NCBI GenBank assembly: GCA_040954595.2
Contig: CM082583.2
Location: 4,889,374-4,953,373 of the forward strand
Length of the DNA stretch: 64,000 bases
Direction of reading: 5' to 3'
Source: Balanoglossus misakiensis
Lineage: Eukaryota; Animalia; Hemichordata
The translations under genes and the position numbers were made by a program. Below are positions 1-12,000 of the stretch, piece after piece (within the stretch, counting starts at the first letter, position 1; each line of letters starts with the position of its first letter). Below the pieces are notes generated by a model. The model saw only the letters and a program-made list of their open reading frames with translations, made no database searches and had not been told where the DNA came from.

Positions 1-60
1 TTTATAGCAATATTTATGAAACAATTTTACATATATCATTACCATGATGATTGCTCATAC

Positions 61-3000
61 CTGGAGGGCAGTTGGATCACTTACCGAGAGTTGCTGACTT
101 CTTGGAGTCAGTATACTCATCTTCTCATCTTCCAGTTCTTCTTTCAAACTTGTTATCATTCCATCCTTCCTCTCGCACTCTTTCTTCACGTCTTGCAGCT
201 GCGAGCGCACCGCCTTGATTTCCGCCTCCTTCCTCTCGTCCAACTCCTTGCGCAGTTTCTGCATCTCGTGCTCCTGTTTCTCCTTCCACCACTTCATCTG
301 GTCGTTTTTCCGGGCGATCTCGTCCTTCAGATCCTCGATCTGCGTGTCCTGTCTCTCCTTCAGCCTCTTCAGGTAGTCCACTTTCTTGGCGACCTCTCGC
401 TCCAGCGCCTGGGCGTCGACCGCCGGCTTCTTCCGCGCTTCCTCCAGCTCCTTGCGTTTCTTCTCCAGAGCCTCTTCCGCCCGCCGCGTCTCCCGCTGCT
501 TCTCCGCCAACAGCTCCTGCAGACTCCGGATCTGGCTCTCGTGGCTCTCCTGCGAAGCCTTGGAAGACTGCGACGCCCTCAGCAGCTCCGCCTGCAGCTG
601 GTCGATCCTCTCGCTCAGCTCGCGGCGGTCATCAGAGTCTTGTTGCTGCGATGACGCCTCCGCCATCTTCTGAATCGCGCTGTTCTGCTCGTCTATCTTG
701 ATCGCCAGTTCACGTTTCAGTTTCTCCAATCTCTTTTTCTCGTGCAGCAAGCTGTCTCTCTCTCGCTTCAGCGCGCCGATTTCGGAATCCTTCTCGGCGA
801 TCCTGTTGTCCATTTCGCTGCGAACTGATTTCAGCAGTTTGTCTTTTTCTTGCAGCTTTTCTTGCATTTCTTTGTGGAGCTTCTCGATGATGAGGTTCTT
901 CTGTTCGATTTCTGACGTCAAGCTTGCGTGAGTCTTGGCATCGGAGACTACAGCAAGGGGTTGTCTGAAATCAACAAATTAACTCAAAAGTTCAGCAAAT
1001 TTTCTTCAATTTCAAAAGATAAAGAACAATGAATAATTGTGTTTATTATTGTTAATCTAAACATCAAAAATTCACCTTACATTCATCTAATCTCTGATGT
1101 TTCCTTCACATACTAATGATACCTTTCTTCAGTTATATCATGAAATAAAACAGGGGAAAAAATCCTGAATGACAGCATAGCTCACTTGGGGCAACAACAA
1201 TATTACTGATATTTTCCCCTTAAATAACACTGTATAAAATGACCACTTATTTTTACACCATAATGTACGGAAGGTAATATTCCTCCCAGCTGACCTGGAA
1301 TCTCCATCAGTATCCTCCATCAGGTCTTCTTCCTCCTCAAGATGTTCCTCCTCATCCTCACCCTCCTCCTCCTCCTCATCATCCCAACTATTAGCATCCT
1401 CCTCATCTCCATCCATCTCTTTCATCACTGCCTCGAGGATTTCCTCATCACTGACATCCTCCCCACCAGCCATGACAACGATGGGAAACTGACCAGCTTT
1501 CAGCCTCTTTTGACTGAATTAAAAGGGGGAAGGTAAAGGGGAAATTTTTTCTCACATTTTTTCTAATTTACCCAGCAGGTGGGTAAGGTTATAGCTGTGT
1601 TCTTATCAAGTGCGAGAATGACTATTTTATGGTTGATTTCAATGACCTACCGGTACATACAACTTTACAAGACACAAATATTCTGACTTTGTGTGCTTTC
1701 ATTATGATAAACAATTCGAACATGGCTATACCGATTAGGAAAACAGCAAATGCCAAATTATTACTGGTAAACTATTGTTCAGAAGCTCAATTTGTCCTGA
1801 TGTATAAAATGTTAGAATTCAAATTACTTTTTATATAATTTGATTCAGATGTTTTAACTATGTCCATTGCATTAATTTACAGAAAAATAGTGGGGATGAC
1901 TTTTTGTCTTGAAAACAAGACTGTGCATCAGTAGATGTGCTGTTGAAATGAGGAAAGTATATATGATCTGTTTGCTTGCTCTTAAATTTCAACTTCAGTT
2001 TTACTGTCAGATAAAAAGAATGAAGGTGACCTTCCTGACAGGATGTTATAAAAGGTCATGTGACAACATGTATTTTGGTTAAAATGCTGGACACAGTTTG
2101 AAAGATATTTAACTTTTCTTTTCTGTTATAGTGCTGCTAGCTTTGTATTTGTGGTGTTCCCATAAAATCCTTCTAAAAAGTGGAATTATTGAATTCTACA
2201 GATGGCATATTTTTGAATTTTGCATTTATGGTGCAATAGTGCAAGCATTATTGTGAACTATTGCTTCACTTAGACCAAGGCTATAAATTTATCTATAATT
2301 TTATAATAGGATTCATGTTCAATTTAAGGCTAAGCATGGCATTTTGCGTGTTAAGTCCAACATGGGTTTTTATGGCTATAAATAATGGGGGTTTTATGCA
2401 TGGCCATTAACACACGAACATCTGCAGCTCGCAAACATTCACTCCTGTCACACTAAATATCTGTTCACGATCCGCACCATTTTGTGGAGTGACCGTGTCT
2501 GTTCCACCACGGTTACTAGAAGAAGTTCTAGTAACCGTGGTTCCACTCACTGAGTGCATGGTGTCTCATAGAATCTCACTGCCAAATATCCAGTAAACTC
2601 TCCCACCAAATGCAATGCTGTGCATGCAATCACCGTCTTGGACTGCCACGCGACAAGAACGCCACCACCACCAAATCGCCACAGCACATACATGTACATG
2701 TACCTGAGTACACTTCAAATGTTTCCACCACTGTATAGTTACAACTATTCCACCGCTACCACCAGCATTTAACAATTATTACAAATTCCTATCCCCTCTA
2801 TGGCACCAATATCAACATATCCTCTGCCACCATAACAACCACCAACATTTCTACGAACGGACTTCACATCCTTAGATAACCACCTGTTTGTTTTCCACCA
2901 TTCACATCCTGCCATCATAGAAATACCTCATCCATACCACCTTGTTTTATCCAAACATTCCCGAAATAATGCACAAACATTCTGTACCTTCACCATTATG

Positions 3001-6000
3001 CTCCAAGCCCAACTATTCAAAACCCGGTATGAAATGACTTTTAACAAAACTATAGCTTAAAACCACTTGAAAAAATATTTGATTTATTTGTGTAAAAATG
3101 ATACATTTTCCGGCGGTTTTACAAATGTGTATAGCTGTTATTTGCTTTCACACTACTTGGCAAATATGTGAATTTCAATGATGGTCAAAGTACTTTATCA
3201 TGAAGAAGCGTATTTGTTCAAAAATATGTGAAGTACTACAGAAAACAGAAATTACACATCACAGTTTACAAATATCACAAAAATGACACAGAAATGATAG
3301 TACGACAGAGAATGTACATCTACATCAAAGGGTACCATCAACACAGCACAGCACACTAAAACATGCATTCAAAACAGAACACAAATTTGCTTCGCGGTTA
3401 ATGCCAGGGCTTTGGCTTGAGCAAGCTGGATATACGACTTATTTTTTTTACCGTTTTATCATTCCATTATCTACTTACCCCAATTACTAAATGGCTGGCA
3501 TTATTTTTATTTCCAAAATAGCTCAGCATTTAGCAAATTTACAGGCTTCCCTTTGGCATTTAGCAATGAATATTATTATATACCTCTGTTAATTCTCTCT
3601 GACTCAAAGTCTAAGACATGTAAACTTGACTTGATGATCGAATTACATACCGGTACATGTATATCTGAATTTGATCTGATCACTTCAAATGATGAATCAA
3701 GAAATACCAGTAGATTAAGTTGTCATGGAGATAATGGGATAGGATTTCTTCCCGTATTTGGTGATTTTCATAATGGAAAGTGGTAGCTGATAAAACCCAT
3801 ACCCATTAACGATTTCATTCAAAATTTGCAACTTTCAATTCATATCTTGCAGGGGTGTGCGAACCCTGCAGATGCCAATAATTTAGCCATTTACTGCTGG
3901 ACTGCAAAATTTTGTCATAAGGATAAGATGTTTTGATGGCTATCATAAAATGTAAATCCAAGATAGGTTTAGAGAAGTGGTAAAAAGTCACCATTTCACC
4001 AATGGTTTAGGTGACAATTAGTCAAAATAAATTTGAATACAAGACTGAAACAAAATATACAAGTCAACCTCACATTACTGCAGACTACTAAAACATCGTC
4101 AGTTTACACGCTCAGACATGCAGAGAGACAGAGGCAGCTAGCATCGTTTTACTTTATTTGGTTATGACGCCTGCAGCTCTTAAAGGGACAAAGTCTCTCT
4201 CTCGCTGCCCTTTTCATTTATGCTTTATACAAGCCGCTGTTCATGTTATTCTACACGTTTATATGTAATGAATGAACGTTCAACCACACGCAACTTCCAT
4301 CCCATTTGTATGATATGAGAGTAAAAACTCGTCCAAAATGAATAAAAGGTAGAGAACGATTATTTATTGTGGCCAGTTTTTTCACTCTTGTGTATACAAG
4401 CGGGATGGAAGGTGTGTGTGGTTGAACGTTCATTCACTACATATACACATGTACATTAACATACACGGTGTATTGTATCAAACATAATTAATGGAAAAAG
4501 GGCAGCGAGAGAGAGACTTTGTCCCTTTAAGGTCAATTAAAGTTTAAAGGTGACAGTTGAAGAAGAAAATGAAGAAACTCACTTTGTAGCCGCCAGAGTG
4601 GCCCTGAGCTCATGCACTTCAGCCTCCAGCTTGCCTGGAGAAAAGAAACAAAAAACATGTACCAACACTCAAACAGAACGAACAAAATCTGATTAGTCAC
4701 TGCAGAAACAAAGCAGAATGAAGGATTATTTAGAAGCACTGAATTAGAAGCAGACAAGAGAAACACATCATGCAAAAAAGACAACACTGTTTGTTAGGAT
4801 AGAAACACAGGAATTTACACCAACAAATGTTGTGTGGTTGTGGCGCTGTTTGACAGCAAGACAGTCATCAGTGAATGAGAGAGGTTGACACACAGGGAAA
4901 TATTGTGCACAATCTCAATAAATAAACTCAAAAATGACAGTACATGTATACATGTACAAACAAGTACCACACAAAACAAAACAAAAATGGAATGAAACCG
5001 AGGCATGCAATTAGATGTTATAAAAGTATCTGGATTTTATTGGGAGGATGGAAACAAGTGTACAGCATGCATGTGGATGTGCAACTAATGAAAATAAAAA
5101 TGCAAATGTGAATGTGAAAGTCATGAATCCATCTCCATGTTATGGGTCTGGCGGTTTATTTCACCAAGTGTCCTGAGTTAATATAAAAGCTGGGTACAAT
5201 GCAGAAGTATACCATTCTCTGAAAAGGCTTTATAGAAAGTGATCAAACCTTATGACAGTGTTATGACTGCTATCACTAATAAATTTTTGGATTTATTTAC
5301 AAAAAAATGGAAACAATATTTAAGCATCAAAACATCTTTAACAGAAAAAAATTGTCTTGTCCTATTATACTCACTATGAAATTAAAAATTGAACAATCGG
5401 CCATCTTTTAGAAAACACTACTTCTTGCTATAAAAGTTCAGAAGACATCTACCATGTCCCTGATCAAACTAGCACCGATTTCTCTGAACATGCGTCTAAC
5501 TTAACATTGGAATCAATATCGTTAGACCGCAAACATAGGGGTGGTAATTAGGGTCAGTCGTATTAGTCTCTCAGTCGAATTAATAAAAAAAAATGCAGAA
5601 AAAGGGGGGCGCCATATTTCACAGGAAGTAGTGCACCCTGGGTGATTTGTTACCCTGCCTCGGTGACGGAGATTTGCCTCGTTTGCCGGGACTATCAAGC
5701 TTAAATCTCAGAGCCTTACGGATTTTCTCCTCTGCCCTTTTCTTGGTGTCGTCGGCGATGTGGACCTGGCTCTGCATGAAGTCCACCCTCCTTCCCAAGT
5801 CCTCGTTTTCTCGCTTCAGTCTCTCGGTCTGCGCGCTCGGTTCATCTAGAGATGGAAGAGAAAGTGCTGTTTGTATTTCAGTGTATTGGGGGTACATGTA
5901 ATTCACAGATTATAGATCAGAGCTTGTATTGTGTTAGAAAAACAAATGCTCAAAATTTCAGGAATATCCATGCTTTTTTCACTCACTTTCTAGCATGTGA

Positions 6001-9000
6001 TTTTCAGCTTTTAAATGGGATGAAGACATCTCTTAAGTCTCAGAGAAACCTTAACCACTGCTAACACACACAACACTGCATACCCTGCATATGATCTACA
6101 ACAACGACTCGTTTTACTTACTCTTTTTCTGTACATGTTCTGGAGAAGAAGTCTTGGACGGTATCCTAGGGCTCTCTAAAGCCCTGGTGATATGCTCAGC
6201 AATATATCTCCTATGCCTTGCTTCTAGTTCATCATACTCTTTTTTCAAGCTGTCATAATCTGCTTTCAGTCGTTCCTGCTCTTTTTCTAACCTGCAGGAA
6301 AACAGGAAAACAATCACTTCTAATTTACATATACCCATATATGGTTGAAAGGGTGTGGCTGAAGAACTTGCAATGGCACACTTTTTTTTCATGCAGCCAA
6401 CCACTGAAAGTCTGTGATTGCCTATACCTCTCCATTGCATGGACTTTAGGATGTACACACACTATGAGAATGTCACTTATTTTGTTACTGAGGCCTTACA
6501 CTAAGATTTGCCGGAAAACTCACTTCTACTATTGTCTTTTTCATGAAATTCTGAACATAGCTCAGCGTAAGGAATTCAACTTTATTAATCGAATGTATAC
6601 AATTGAATGGACTAATAAGATTGATATAACCTTCAATGAACGATTTGTCTACAAAACCCTCAGTTTGCCGTGGTCGCACGGCCCTCACCTGTCGTATTCA
6701 ACCTGCGCTATCACCTCCCCGACGGGAGCCGCGTATCTCAACTCGTCGTTCTCGTTCTCCAACTTCTCCACCTTGGCGTTGAGCAGCTTGCTGATGTTAC
6801 GCAGCTTGGAGTTCTGGTCTTGCAGATCGTTGCATTTCTCACAGGGGCCGTTGTTGAGCATGTTGCCGTTGATGGACGTTAGGCTGGAGCGCAGGATGTC
6901 TTGCTGAGATCTGGACCGTAATTCTGCATCGGCCTGTCGGTGGCAAGTGATACGATATAGATAAAAGACGAAAATGTCACTTGTATATAAAAAAGGTAAT
7001 GATCAAATCAATACTAATCCCACAACTCTCAGTCCCTCCCACACAGGGCATAATGGCATACAAAATGTTCACAATTATAAAGTGAAGTATACCATAACAT
7101 GCATGACAAATATAATTAACACATATCATGGCAGTATATGCGTGCCATCATCAGCCATTCCTTATAATTTCCTCCAGAAGATGAACTGTAACTTCACAAG
7201 TACCGGTACACTGTCTACAATTGTATAGGACAGTTATCTAAATTATCCACATGCAGTGAAACCTGTCCTTATGGACACTGATCTCTCTATTAAGGACATC
7301 ACTTCCATACTAGAAATGTTTCATTGCATGGTTCCACTCACCTTGCTGAGTCGATCTGATAACAATTTGTTCATTTCTCTCAGTCTGGCTATCTCCTCTT
7401 CCAGCTGACTGCTCCTGTTGAAGGCGTTGCCACCGGCCGACCTGGGTCTGGGCATGTCGCCGGCGCTGAAGAAATTCTCTGCATCGCTCATGGAAGACCT
7501 CTTGACCCGTGTTAGTTCATCCCTGAGTTCTGAGACTTTGTCACTGTTGAAAGAAGTATATATGCAGGGGTGGGTTGGTAAAAGAACGCTTGATTACACT
7601 TTCAAATGGTGTTGAAATTAATCTACATAAATATTTATGATCTATACCTGCAGGGTCATGTCAGTTCACATGCACTTTTAACCCTTTCACCACCATGGTT
7701 CGGCCCAAATCCATATTGTTTTCTATGGTAAAGTTGGACCTCTATAAAGGAAAATAGGGGTGAAGGGGTTAAGATGGACCGCACATAAAACAGAAATAGC
7801 AATGCACTCACTGTGAGAGTCCAAGTTCAGCTTTGAGGTGGTCAACTTTGGCCTGAAGTTGTTCTTGGGTGAACCTCGGATTCACGGCTGGCTGTACGGA
7901 TTGAAATGAAAAAAAAAGCTCCGTATTAGACACTTGAACCATGCTGTATGACTGCTTGGCATGAAAACATAACTTGCACAAGACACATAACTAATGTTTC
8001 TCCACTGCATGGCATAAGTTGAACTGAGCAAACACAACTGACAATTTGAAAGATCGTGGAGGTATGTAAGACTTGCAGCAGGCTTACAAGTATGGGTCCA
8101 AAGTACAAGTCCTACTTCAGTCTCTGACATTGATTTGTATATACAATCACAGATCCTGCAAGCTGAAGCCATAGAAAATCTATACATGTACTTCAAACTG
8201 CAGACAGTAACAACAACAAAACGAACTGGCCAACCTCTATAGGGAATCGAATTTCTGGCTTACAGTGTTTTTAGACAGGATATTCTTCTGCATCTCGAGC
8301 AGATGTATGACTTGCTGGTCTTCGGCGTGTTCCTGCGTCAGTCTCTTGTTCTCGTCCTGCAGTCGTTCCAGCTCCTCTTTGATGTCGACGAACTGTTCTT
8401 GGTGTACCTGCAACGCCTGCTGTTCACTCCTCAACTGAGCATTCTGGGAAAAAAGCATCAAGCACTTAAACAAAAAAGCTCTGTTCAGATTGACAGTTGC
8501 CATCATGTGAAAAATAGTGAATAGATCAATGGCTTGTTGCAGGTCAGAGTGTGCAGGTACTCATATCCAAACCAGGTATGCAAACTTGTATCCTTCAACA
8601 ATTACAATAATAAAGACCGCTTTTGGTAATACTGAAGTTCACTTTCAAAGAACTGAAGAAAAATATTGTATACACAACTATATGCGCAAAGCATACACCA
8701 TTAGTTAACAGACCTGCAGTCAACTCAGTTATTTTCCCACATGTTTGCAAAATTAATATTTACACATACCATATCTGTATCAAATAAAAACATGGAAGTC
8801 ATGCATATCTTTTCTTTATAATTATACAGATGGTGTAGCTTGCTAATAGACAGTAATGAATCTCTCTTTTACCTTATCATTGGCTTCCTGTAGTTTGTTC
8901 GATAAGGCGATAATTTCACTTTCTTTTCTGTTAATGGTGTGAGTTAGTTTCTCGCTCGTATTCTTCCACTCTTCAGACTCTTCCTGTTGTCTCAAGGCAC

Positions 9001-12000
9001 AATTCTTCACTTCCTCATTGGCTCTTTGTAATTTCTGAAACCAAAAAGTCAATTTATAAATCAGGCTCTGTATGATCAAAATTATACAAAATTCCAGGAC
9101 TCTCCAAGAGTTCTTTTGACAATTTTTTTTTTAGTGTGTCGCAGATAAAATGCGACTTTTTCCCAAGGGTGATTTTTCACTACAGTATACAAATCTTTGT
9201 TATATTTTTCCCACTCGTGGTCATTATCTTATGGTGGATGACTAGAAGTTTCCTTTTTTCAAGGATTCTCCAAGGCTTATAAAACATTCCAAGAATTTCC
9301 AGCAGTACAGAACCCAAACAGTTTCATAAAACATGATCAACACAATTGGTAACAGCTAAATTTTCTGACTGATACCACGTATGCAACTTTATACTGAAGA
9401 AAGTATTGAAATATTCCAATCATGTATTATCAAACTACTACTTACAGTTTCCACCTCTTGGCACCTGGTTTGAAGTCGATTTTTCTCACTCCTCAATTCT
9501 TTGTACATTTCTTTCAGTTTACTGTTCTGTTCATTGAGGGTCCCTTTGTCTTTCCGGTGTTCCTCTTTCAGTGTTTCTATGGCCTGGGGAGAAAAGAAAA
9601 GAAAAGAAACATAAATTAAACTTGACAAATTGAAATCGAGAACTGTAGGAATTGAGAAAGAAATGTCCAAACAAGCACTAGCAAACCCTCACAAAGATGT
9701 TAAGCTATAAAATGTTTAAAATGGTTCCTGTCAGTATTTTTGTTCAGTGAATGAAGTACCTCGTACATAAATGTCAAACCTGAGTTAGTGACCACCTCTA
9801 TATAAAAGCTACCTTTATATCGTGGCCACTTTAACTTATAGTCCCTGTGCAATTAACATGTACATTGATTGGCCAGTCTATAACGGCCACCTGTCTATAA
9901 ACGCTGGTTTAGGAAAGTCCCTTGACTGGCCACTATAGACAGGTTTGACTGTAATTCTTTGGGATACCGCAGTTATTAAATGTTATAAATGGTCTTATCT
10001 GCAGAATATGCCCCTGAAACTCCAGACTTACATTGGTGAGCATTTGCTTCTCTGAACTGATCCGCTGGATTTCATCTTCCCGGAAAGCTTGCTGCTGCAC
10101 AGAGAGGCGTTTGTCCGACTGCAGCTGTCGACACTGCTCCTGCGCCTTCTCCATGTTCTGTTTGGCATTTGCCATCTCACTCGACAGCACTTCACTGACC
10201 TGGGAAACAGACAGAAATATCATCACTGATATTGGAGATAGTGATGAAAAGTTGACTGCACATCACCATGATATCAAAGTCACCTTCATTGGATGATGAA
10301 GTTAAAGTAAAGGGGTCGTCGCACTGCGTTTGTTTGTTGATAAACATTACAATTCATCCATAAATCCCTGAATTAGATCATTCTTAGAATGAACGAAGCA
10401 GCCAACCATAACAAAGAGCAAATTAAGACTGGGCATGACAGCAACTGAAGATCCTAGTAGGTCATGGCGACTGCAGTGAGGTTTGTGCTGGTATGGGAGG
10501 ACATATTCTCATCAAGGGGGACACCTCCATCAGCAAACTACTGAATGTTCCTTTTGAATGAAACATATGGTCTGCTCAACACTGATTCTATCATATAGCA
10601 AATTTAATCGCGAACCATGATAATTGAGGGAGGATACCTGAGCTATGTCAGACTTTTTGCACTATTATCGGTAGACCGTAGACCTCTTGGGGCTGGTACT
10701 GACAAAAATGGTGCATTTTGGAGAAGAATGAGTACCTTTTTAATTGCATTTAATTCTTCCTCTAGTCTCTCAAGTTCACCATTTTTCTTTTCCAATTCCA
10801 TATTGGTTTGCTCCAACTTACTTTGGAGATTACCATGTTGTTGTTCAGCACTATACTTAGCCTGATGAAAAAGACAAAAGTGTAAAATACTAAATAAATA
10901 CATAAATTTAAGTACTTTTATATAAATATTTCATCATTATGCATACAGATATCCTAGAAAGTACCATTAAAATGTAGTTTGACAAATTCCAAACCGAGCA
11001 TTTATGTTGAACACTTGCAGTCAAAATCTCAAAAAAGTGAAATATTTAGTGTATTTTGTCATATTTTCTTAATATATACATCAACCATATCTTCGTTTTC
11101 TGAGTGAAAAATCGTCAATATATTCATACCTTAAATAAATTGTCTCTTTCAACACTGAAATTCTGTAATCTCTGCTGCAGGTCAAGCCTCTCTTGATAAA
11201 GCCTATCCTTCTCAGCATTGACACTGGCTAACTTTGAACTCATGTCTGCTGTGGAATCCTCAAGCTGTGTTGCCTTCAGGTGGTATTGATCTCTCTCCTT
11301 TGGAGAAAAACAAAACAAGGCACCCCGATGAAATAATATCTGTCATAGACACAGGTTGCCTGTGACAAATAGGATTGAAAACTTTGTGAATTGTCTTTTT
11401 GGTTTCACAGAGGTGTCATATTGGCTTGGAATGTGTAACTATGTCAACCCTATATGCAGTACATTTTTTGTCACAGTTGAACCCAAAGAACAATTATCAG
11501 ACAAAGACCTTCAAGAAAAATTCTAAATCTTGAACAGATTTCCATTTGTACTTTTAAGTACAATTTGAGTTCCCAAAACATTTCTTAACAAACAGATGTT
11601 CTTTATTCTGTCATTCAATTACCTCTTTTGTTCTCTGATAATCACTGTCCAGAACCTCCACCTGTCTCTGCAGGTCCTCTTTGCTTTGTCTGGCTTCCAT
11701 GACTTCTGCCGACAATACCGCGTGTTTTGTCATCATTGTCTCTCTTCCCTAAACAAAGCAAAACAAAACAAAGAACAGTCAATAGTGGATTATGAGTATA
11801 ATGGTTTCTATATAGATAAAATTCAAGAAGACCTCAGATGGTATGAGGAAATACAGGGGGCAGTCTGGAAGATGGAGTCAATAAGCATAAACTTGACAAT
11901 GCATGACTTGAGTGTTCTAATAGTATTCACAAAATTATTTGACAGTATCAAACTAAAAACATATATTACTACATACGCAGTAATTGCACCACATTATTAA

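Noticed and set aside
16-931. Plus-strand ORFs 16-654, 386-673 and 698-931
   Set aside because: Antisense shadows of the GC-rich coiled-coil exon 61-964; L/S-rich with no independent features.
2560-3130. C/A-rich (CCACCA) stretch as a decayed gene
   Set aside because: Stops in the frames I translated and no recognisable motif; possibly an old repeat.
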